From: Okeania sp.
GTDB taxonomy: Bacteria > Cyanobacteriota > Cyanobacteriia > Cyanobacteriales > Microcoleaceae
Direction of reading: 5' to 3'
Assembly (NCBI RefSeq): GCF_035285525.1
Contig: NZ_JAYKGW010000153.1
Coordinates: 1 to 10,832, forward strand
Length of the DNA: 10,832 bases
Part shown: one piece after another, positions 1 through 5,676 of the stretch
Numbering within the stretch: position 1 is the first letter of the stretch
How the letters are laid out: each line of letters begins with the position of its first letter
Notes under the pieces: model-generated
The model's input: only the letters and a program-made list of their open reading frames with translations
The model's database searches: none
What the model was told of the DNA's origin: nothing
Position numbers and translations under genes: made by a program

Positions 1-326
1 GCGTTAGAACCTTCTCCAGCTCTTCCCAGAAAGGTAAAATTCTCGAAGTCAGAACTGACGAAAATATCTGCAAATTCAGTATTACTATTACGGCCTACTT
101 CATCAATAAAAATGTCGTTTCCTGGACTGTCAATGATTGTTTGATTAGCAAAACCAACAGTTACAAATGAGCCTGTTGGCAGAGATAGAGAGTCGCTTTC
201 GTTGCCGAACAATACGACATCTGTGCTGACGGGTATTGGAAAATTATTTCCTATGGCACCATAAGGTCCGTCAATAGGTCCGGCACCGCTATCGAAAAAA
301 TCAAAAACTGTATCTACAAATGCCAT
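1..326 (-). CDS. Hypothetical protein, N-terminal 108 codons only (ORF runs off the left window edge)
   Basis: Not in the supplied track because it has no stop in the window. My reverse-complement translation from the ATG (complement of 324-326) stays open to position 1: MAFVDTVFDFFDSGAGPIDGPYGAIGNNFPIPVSTDVVLFGNESDSLSLPTGSFVTVGFANQTIIDSPGNDIFIDEVGRNSNTEFADIFVSSDFENFTFLGRAGEGSN. An SD-like AGGGAG (complement of 332-337) lies 5 nt before the ATG. There is an upstream in-frame stop at complement of 399-401. No family recognised and no signal-peptide-like N-terminus. Confidence 0.6.
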   Translation of the reverse strand, partial: MAFVDTVFDFFDSGAGPIDGPYGAIGNNFPIPVSTDVVLFGNESDSLSLPTGSFVTVGFANQTIIDSPGNDIFIDEVGRNSNTEFADIFVSSDFENFTFLGRAGEGSN

Positions 327-431
327 ATTTACTCCCTGATAGCTAATGATGAACAAAGTTATTTTTACCAATAATGTTAGTAACTTTAACTCAGCAATCT
401 ACCTCAAACAACTAATAAACGTTAGCAATCC

Positions 432-440
432 TGTTATAAT
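432..440 (+). promoter_or_regulatory. Candidate extended -10 promoter element (TGTTATAAT) for the 477-971 gene
   Basis: The sequence TGnTATAAT matches exactly at 432-440, 37 nt upstream of the GTG start. I found no convincing -35. TATAAT-like strings are common by chance in DNA this AT-rich. Confidence 0.25.
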
Positions 441-476
441 CCAATTAGTAAATTTCCAACAGGAGGACATCTAACT

Positions 477-971
477 GTGCCAGCTCAAGACCAACTCTTC
501 TCCACAGCAGCCGAATATTGGGACTTAAAAACCCTCTATGCTGACATGGCCTCTGCTAAAGGCCGCCATCTAACACCTACTGAAAAGCTACATCTGCGGG
601 GTCTTATATCTGGTTATAGTCCGGGAGAAATTGCCGAAAAACTCCATAAAAATGCTAACGGAGTTGAGGTGGCTTTGTGTAATACTTTATACCAATACGT
701 CAGAATTTTGGTAGGCAAACAAGAAGACAAAATCCAAAACTGGAGAAATGTTTGTGAATGGTTGGAAGAAGCAGGTTATAAATCTCAGTTGCCCCTGGAA
801 CCAGAATCAGATGATTATTTATCAGCTAAACTTTTAATTAAAAAAGCTAATGTGGCACTAAATAAAAATCAAATTGTAGTTGACATCAACCTGCGAATAG
901 TGGCCGACTCACCAGTAGAATTTCCAATCGCTGAAAATATCAAATACCACAGAGAAGAAGAACAATATTAG
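477..971 (+). CDS. Small stand-alone helix-turn-helix protein (LuxR / sigma-70 region-4-like HTH, aa ~30-80) with an uncharacterised C-terminal half
   Basis: 164-aa ORF. The GTG start at 477 is preceded by a strong SD, AGGAGG (461-466, 10-nt spacer). The next ATG (546) has no SD. The segment LTPTEKLHLRGLISGYSPGEIAEKL...VEVALCNTLYQYVRILVG has the xTxxExxxLxxLxxGxSxxEIAxxL pattern of LuxR/sigma70-r4 HTHs. From memory, the same module is found at the N-terminus of large cyanobacterial multidomain (STAND/WD40/vWA-associated) proteins. Confidence 0.6.
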   Translation: MPAQDQLFSTAAEYWDLKTLYADMASAKGRHLTPTEKLHLRGLISGYSPGEIAEKLHKNANGVEVALCNTLYQYVRILVGKQEDKIQNWRNVCEWLEEAGYKSQLPLEPESDDYLSAKLLIKKANVALNKNQIVVDINLRIVADSPVEFPIAENIKYHREEEQY

Positions 972-1143
972 CTCATTAGGGTGCGTTAACGGAGTGTAAT
1001 GCACTGAACATAATGGAAGAAGCGATACGTTATGACGGATTGCTAAATCTTTTTCAGATCAAAGAAAAAGCAGGAACAATATTAAAAATACTCTTCTAGA
1101 TAACTAAACGCCTCCCTCTTTTTGCTATACTATGCTCTCCTCA

Positions 1144-1758
1144 CTATTTCTGTTGAACAAATGTATCTATATGCTCAAATAAGCGATCGATGATTTCTGT
1201 ATCTGTATATGGATTGAGCAAAACTGCCCGCAGCCAATAATGCCCACGATATCTTGGCAGTGATAAGAAAGTCTCACCCTTTTCCAGCAGATAAACTTGT
1301 AAATCTGAGTTCCATTTATCCCAATGGTTATCGGGAATCCAAGCAGGTATACTACGAAAGCAAACCAGATTTGTTTCTGATTCACCACTTGTTTCCAAAA
1401 AAGGGCGTTTTCTGACTTGCTGTATAAAATACTCCGTCAATACATAACTCTCGTCAATAAGTTGTTCGTAACCACTCTTACCAATATGCTGAAGTGATAG
1501 CCATAATTTCAAAATTTCGGCATGGCGAGTACCTTGAACGCTTATTTCACCTAAGTTAATAAAGTCTTCAGAGTCACGCATATAGGGTGCGGGAATTTGA
1601 AAAGCTTTTGTCAGACTTGCCATATCTCTAAACAAAACCATGGCACAAGTTTTTGCCACATATAACCATTTTTGCGGATTAAATGTAATGGAGTCGCTGT
1701 GTTCGATACCTGTTAATCGTTGACGTTGATTTTCGGACAAAATCAATGCACCGCCAGA
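1144..1758 (-). pseudogene. 5'-truncated fragment of a group II PLP-dependent amino-acid decarboxylase (Pyridoxal_deC family; GAD / aromatic-L-amino-acid / diaminobutyrate decarboxylase-like); C-terminal ~200 aa only
   Basis: [45 protein letters not shown] aligns by eye with the family core, for example GAD65 [44 protein letters not shown]. The PLP lysine is kept but the N-P-H-K histidine is Gln. Family members are ~450-550 aa, so about 250-300 N-terminal residues are missing, including the HVDAA(W/Y) motif that should directly precede GGA. The track ORF starts at a TTG (1746). The frame stays open upstream only to a stop at complement of 1813-1815, and those residues ([18 protein letters not shown]) are encoded by a heptamer repeat rather than decarboxylase sequence. 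Confidence 0.75.
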
Positions 1759-1780
1759 AGTTGTGATTGATTCATACTGG

Positions 1781-1808
1781 ATAATTGATAATTGATAATT
1801 GATAACTA
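1781..1808. repeat. Heptanucleotide tandem repeat (ATAATTG)x3 + ATAACTA, STRR-like
   Basis: Direct reading: ataattg ataattg ataattg ataacta. It sits at the point where decarboxylase homology is lost. A related (ATAACTG) array occurs at 8440-8467. Confidence 0.85.
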
Positions 1809-2501
1809 AAGTTTAGCGATGGAATATCATTGGTACGGATACATCTTTGGGCAGAAATTTTTGGTGAATTTCCTTACCAACAAAAGATATCCAAATCCTC
1901 CCCCAAGAAGATGAAAAGATAATAGTTCATTACTTCAAGCTTCTGGGAACAGGTACTGATAACTGAAATTATCTGTGAGTTTTTTTTGCATACATAATTC
2001 ATTGAAAATGTTAGATTATCTAATTTTAATTTTTAGCCTATCATATTAAACTTAGCTGAACTAATTTATAATTTTCCTATTGTCGTAACTAAAACCTTGT
2101 AGAGAACTTTCATACAACCTTCTTAATATGGTTTATCCAAATGAGAAAATCTGTAGGAGTTTATCCCAATTTTTAGGTGGAGGCCAGAAACCAGATATCT
2201 AAAGATAAAATTATTCTAAAAATTAATAACCTCGATAGAAATTATTTAGCTCTAATAATATACTTAATTTATATAAGTTTAGATTCAAGATGTAAAGATT
2301 TAGATGAACTTCAAAAAATATACTAACTATAAAAATTAAAAGTATATTGTATCAAATTTTGGAGTTTATTTATATTTTTAGACCCTTTAGTTTAATTTAC
2401 AGGGTTTTCCTAACTTTGCAATAGCTGTGTGTGTAACATCCAGAATAAAATACTTACATATTTATTTATAATATTCAAAAACCCAAACATCTCTAAAAAT
2501 A

Positions 2502-4382
2502 ATGATAACTAACAAACTAATAGAAACCCAACCTTTAGAATCAGAAAATATCTCTATTTCTCTAGATTCATTACCAGAACCTTTTACTACTGATAGTGTT
2601 GGTAATCCTGCTACTATTATTCCAATTCCAGACAATCCAATTTTGCAAGTTCCAGATGGATTTACTGTTAATATTTTTGCTGAAGATTTACAAAGTCCTC
2701 GTTGGTTAGAAGTTACTCCCACTGGAGATGTATTAGTAACAGAAACTCCCCTGAATCAAATCCGTTTATTACGAGATACAGATGGGGATGGAACAGTAGA
2801 TTTTTCTCAAGTTTTTGCAAGTGCAGAAAATGGATTAGATCGACCTTTTGGAATGGCTTTTACTGAAGATTATTTCTATGTCGGAAATACAAATTCTGTA
2901 GTCAGATATCCTTATAATATTGGCGATATAGCAATTAATGGAACTGGTGAAAAAATTGCCGATTTACCAGCAGGAGGTCATTGGACTCGGAACTTAGCAA
3001 TTTCTGACAATAATCAACTTTTTGTTTCTATTGGTTCTGCCTCTAATGTATCTGTAGAACCATTACCTAGAGCATCAGTTTTAGTAATGAATTTAGATGG
3101 TTCTAATCAACAAACTTTTGCTTCAGGTTTAAGAAATCCTGTAGGTTTAGATTTTCATCCAATTACAAATCAACTTTTTACTACTGTAAATGAACGAGAT
3201 GGATTAGGAGATGACCTAGTTCCTGATTATTTAACAGGATTAGAATCAGGGGAATTTTATGGTTGGCCTTATGCTTATTTATCACCTGATTTGGAAGACC
3301 CCAGAAGAGCTGGAGAAAATCCAGATTTAGTTGCTCAAACTGATACTCCAGATGTTTTATTTCAATCTCATTCGGCACCTTTAGGACTCCAATTTTATGA
3401 TGAAGAAACTTTTCCAGCAGAATATCAAAATGGAGCTTTTGTCGCATTTCGAGGCAGTTGGAATCGTCAGGAACCTACAGGTTATAAATTAGTATTTGTA
3501 CCCTTTGATGAAAATGGAAATCCTACAGGAGAATATCAAGATTTTTTAACAGGATTTTTAAATGTTTCAGAGGAAACAACTTGGGGTCGTCCGACAGGTT
3601 TACAGGTATTACCAGATGGGAGTTTGTTATTTACTGAAGAAGTAAATAATCGAATTTATCGGATTCAATTTCCGGAAAATGAAACGATAGAAGGTACTAA
3701 TGAAAATGATAATTTGCAGAGTGGGGAAGGTAACGATCAACTTATTGGTAGAAGAGGTAATGATCGCCTCATTGGTAATGGTGGAGACGATATATTGATT
3801 GGTGGTAAAGGTGAAGATACCCTTAAGGGTGGTAAAGGTGAAGACACTCTTCAAGGTGGTAGAGGTAATGATAGACTATTTGGTAAACCTGGTAATGATT
3901 TGTTAATTGGTCATAGCGGTAATGATACTTTGTTAGGAGGTGAAGGTAACGATACTCTGAGTGGAGGTATTGGTCGCGATAGACTTAATTGTGGTTCTGG
4001 AAACGATGAACTCACGGGAGGTGGGAGTATTGACTACTTTATTTTTAATACTAATCAAGAATTTCAGACTGAGGATATAGGTATAGATACAATTACTGAT
4101 TTTTCTCAAATCCAGGGAGACATTATTGTTCTAGACTTGACAACTTTTACTGCTATCAACAGCGAGTCGGAAAGAGGTTTCAGCATTGTCAGTGAGTTTG
4201 CAATAGTTACTAATGACGAACTAGCAGAAACTTCTGATGCTGTTATTGTTTATAACAGTGGAAATGGAAACTTATTTTACAACTCCAATGGTAGTGAAGT
4301 AGGTTTCGGCAATGGAGGTCAATTTGCTACTTTGACGAATATTCCATCCATAGAAGCAAAAGATTTCTTCCTCAGAAGTTAG
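2502..4382 (+). CDS. Soluble PQQ-dependent sugar / L-sorbosone dehydrogenase-family beta-propeller fused to a C-terminal RTX (hemolysin-type Ca2+-binding) repeat block; probable type I secretion substrate
   Basis: 626-aa ORF. The N-terminal ~390 aa carry family hallmarks: GFTVNIFAEDLQSPRWLEVTPTGDVLVTE, HWTRNLAIS, VNERDGLGDDLVPDYL..GEFYGWPY, SHSAPLGLQFY, FVAFRGSWNR..GYKLVFV. Nucleotides 3693-4047 encode about 12 consecutive nonapeptides of GGxGxDxL/I type (GEGNDQLIG, RRGNDRLIG, NGGDDILIG, GKGEDTLKG and so on). The acidic/hydrophobic C-terminal tail is typical of cyanobacterial RTX proteins. There is no N-terminal signal peptide. Confidence 0.9.
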   Translation: MITNKLIETQPLESENISISLDSLPEPFTTDSVGNPATIIPIPDNPILQVPDGFTVNIFAEDLQSPRWLEVTPTGDVLVTETPLNQIRLLRDTDGDGTVDFSQVFASAENGLDRPFGMAFTEDYFYVGNTNSVVRYPYNIGDIAINGTGEKIADLPAGGHWTRNLAISDNNQLFVSIGSASNVSVEPLPRASVLVMNLDGSNQQTFASGLRNPVGLDFHPITNQLFTTVNERDGLGDDLVPDYLTGLESGEFYGWPYAYLSPDLEDPRRAGENPDLVAQTDTPDVLFQSHSAPLGLQFYDEETFPAEYQNGAFVAFRGSWNRQEPTGYKLVFVPFDENGNPTGEYQDFLTGFLNVSEETTWGRPTGLQVLPDGSLLFTEEVNNRIYRIQFPENETIEGTNENDNLQSGEGNDQLIGRRGNDRLIGNGGDDILIGGKGEDTLKGGKGEDTLQGGRGNDRLFGKPGNDLLIGHSGNDTLLGGEGNDTLSGGIGRDRLNCGSGNDELTGGGSIDYFIFNTNQEFQTEDIGIDTITDFSQIQGDIIVLDLTTFTAINSESERGFSIVSEFAIVTNDELAETSDAVIVYNSGNGNLFYNSNGSEVGFGNGGQFATLTNIPSIEAKDFFLRS

Positions 4383-4420
4383 GAAATTATATCAATCTGA
4401 AAAAAGAATGTTGCAAAACT

Positions 4421-4684
4421 CTAGGGTGTGTCATCAATTAGATGTGAGAAGCTTTATCAACAAAAGTAGTGGACTGACAAAGCTCAAACTGTTCATTACA
4501 TCATTTGGGGGCGGGTTTATATAACTTCTGAAAATCGTTCATTTAACTGAGAAACCCGCCCCTACCGACCTCACAATTTCAGGTATGCGATCACTATATC
4601 TGAACCTACTCAATCGCGATCGCCATTTTTACTTAACAGAGAATAACCTTTTTGTCAACTTATTTAATTGATGACACACCCTAG
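4421..4684. mobile_element. Non-autonomous MITE-like element, 264 bp, perfect 20-bp terminal inverted repeats
   Basis: CTAGGGTGTGTCATCAATTA at 4421-4440 is the exact reverse complement of TAATTGATGACACACCCTAG at 4665-4684. There is no ORF inside. An internal 11-bp stem pairs GGGGCGGGTTT (4508-4518) with AAACCCGCCCC (4552-4562), with a 33-nt loop. A HIP1 site lies at 4616-4623. I could not identify an unambiguous target-site duplication. Confidence 0.7.
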
Positions 4685-4710
4685 TGATAGGGAAAACTTA
4701 ACTGGGAATA

Positions 4711-4736
4711 GGTATGGAGGTATGGAGGTATGGAGG
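4711..4736. repeat. Octanucleotide tandem repeat (GGTATGGA)x3 + GG
   Basis: Direct reading: ggtatgga ggtatgga ggtatgga gg. Confidence 0.9.
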
Positions 4737-4775
4737 GAACAAAGATTCGTAGCAAACATTTATCAAATTGGTATT

Positions 4776-4892
4776 ATATCAGGACTTACAAGGGAGGAAC
4801 CCGGTTTCTACGAGAAATGGTTGTTTTGAACAGCAAGAATCTACCCTCGTACCGGGTTTCTGAGTTCCCCTCCCTGCGTAAGTCCTGTATAT
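4776..4892. repeat. Long imperfect inverted repeat (~115 nt hairpin-forming element); candidate MITE or structured RNA
   Basis: The left arm is ATATCAGGACTTACAAGGGAGGAACCCGGTTTCTACGAG (4776-4813). The right arm is CTCGTACCGGGTTTCTGAGTTCCCCTCCCTGCGTAAGTCCTGTATAT (4846-4892). Paired blocks are CAGGACTTAC/GTAAGTCCTG, AGGGAGG/CCTCCCT, AACCCGGT/ACCGGGTT and ACGAG/CTCGT, with internal bulges and a 32-nt loop. Confidence 0.65.
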
Positions 4893-4930
4893 CATGTCCG
4901 GATAATCAATGATAAAAAACTTTTTCCTTT

Positions 4931-5058
4931 GATATCATGTCCGGTAGCATCGGTATTATATGGAAAAGGTAAGGAAGAAGGAAAAAGGAAGAAGCTTTAA
5001 AAGAAGGAAAGACCTTAATTTTTACACGCTCCGATACCAACGGACATGATCTGATATC
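4931..5058. repeat. Imperfect inverted-repeat element (~128 bp) with a polypurine GAAGGAA-type core
   Basis: GATATCATGTCCGGTAGCATCGG (4931-4953) matches the reverse complement of CCGATACCAACGGACATGATCTGATATC (5031-5058). The core at 4961-5013 is purine-rich (ggaaaaggtaaggaagaaggaaaaaggaagaag...aagaaggaaag). A third, solo copy of ATATCATGTCCGG lies at 4889-4901. Confidence 0.6.
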
Positions 5059-5117
5059 TTTATCGTTATAGAGATATCAAAAATGCACAATTAATTCTGT
5101 TCCAGATAGTATTATTG

Positions 5118-5286
5118 TCAGCATTCAGCTATCAGTTATCAGCAATAAAAAACTCAACTTTAAGGAGGAGATTTAAACGCATAAAGAAAGTGAACAATGA
5201 ATTTTGTAGTCAGACAAATTCCTGAATTATTACCTTTTCTCTAAAACTACAAGCAATAGCTGACCAGTGAATGCTGACTGCTGAAT
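5118..5286. repeat. Pair of inverted STRR-like heptamer arrays, (TCAGYWW)x4 at 5118-5145 and the inverse (GCTGAMY/AGTGAAT)x4 at 5259-5286, bracketing ~113 bp
   Basis: Direct reading gives tcagcat tcagcta tcagtta tcagcaa and gctgacc agtgaat gctgact gctgaat. GTCAGCATTCAGC and GTGAATGCTGAC can pair. Confidence 0.7.
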
Positions 5287-5287
5287 A

Positions 5288-5430
5288 CTTACCGAAATAA
5301 TTAATAATTAAACAATTAAACAATTAAATAATTAAATAATTCGCGCCTTGAAGCCTCCCCTTGGATAGGGGAAAAAAATAAATCTTTTCCTGAAGCGCCA
5401 ATCCTCTCACTTTTAGGGAGGGGTAATTAT
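5288..5430 (+). repeat. Copy A of a ~140-bp dispersed repeat (AT-rich AATTAAAC/AATTAAAT octamer run + G/C mini-hairpins)
   Basis: Homologous to the reverse complement of 8000-8136. Shared blocks occur in the same order: CTTACCGAA, AATTC, GAAGCCTCCCC, AGGGGA, CAATCC, GGGGTAATTAT. A hairpin CCCCT-tggat-AGGGG lies at 5357-5371. Confidence 0.65.
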
Positions 5431-5517
5431 CCATTAATGAAGTATTATTAACATTATCGTGATTAGGATTAGTAATCACAAACAGACCAATGTATACCAT
5501 CTTTTTATATTGTGGTT

Positions 5518-5620
5518 ATTAGACTTCTCCAGAAAATAGGCAATGGGCAATAGGAAGAAGTAATTCATAATCTCTGGATAAGAATTGATTTCCTGTTTTT
5601 TCTTTTTGGAGATGTCTAAT
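5518..5620 (+). repeat. Copy 1 of a ~100-bp hairpin/MITE-like element with ~19-bp terminal inverted repeats
   Basis: The left end is ATTAGACTTCTCCAGAAAA (5518-5536). The right end TTTTTGGAGATGTCTAAT (5603-5620) reverse-complements to ATTAGACATCTCCAAAAA. It is about 75-80% identical by eye to 8279-8379 in the same orientation and ends 56 nt upstream of the 5677 start codon. Confidence 0.7.
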
Positions 5621-5676
5621 CAATACTACCTAAATATGATAAATTTAAAGTTTTAATTAGTACAAAAAGTCAGTCA

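Noticed and set aside
1167-1388. 73-aa ORF on the minus strand, overlapping the decarboxylase fragment in another frame
   Set aside because: It lies entirely inside a region with clear decarboxylase homology in a different frame. The sequence is hydrophobic and low-complexity ([18 protein letters not shown]...), with no SD and no recognisable family. It is most likely an overlapping-frame artefact.
2462-2722. 86-aa antisense ORF overlapping the start of the RTX/dehydrogenase gene
   Set aside because: It is antisense to a strongly supported CDS. Such antisense frames stay open easily in AT-rich coding sequence. No motif or RBS supports it.
3181-3447. 88-aa antisense ORF inside the dehydrogenase domain
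   Set aside because: Same reasoning: it lies opposite conserved propeller motifs, and its sequence is low-complexity and rich in Leu, Ile, His and Gln.
3627-3854. 75-aa antisense ORF opposite the RTX repeats
   Set aside because: It is the mirror image of the periodic GGxGxD-coding repeat, which gives the repetitive TFTT/IITS sequence. It is not an independent gene.
3693-4047. 27-nt DNA periodicity that could superficially resemble a repeat array
   Set aside because: It is the coding periodicity of RTX nonapeptides within a continuous ORF. There is no repeat-spacer organisation, so it is not CRISPR or a non-coding array.
4730-4912. 60-aa ORF in the intergenic repeat region
   Set aside because: Its start lies inside the GGTATGGA octamer array and its body reads straight through both arms of the 4776-4892 hairpin. 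No SD and no homology recognised. It is a by-product of the inverted repeat.
5207-5254. 15-codon mini-ORF (MNFVVRQIPELLPFL) between the inverted heptamer arrays, with AAGGAGG at 5164-5170
   Set aside because: The SD-like motif is ~36 nt upstream of the ATG, which is too far. There is no supporting conservation, so it cannot be supported from sequence alone.
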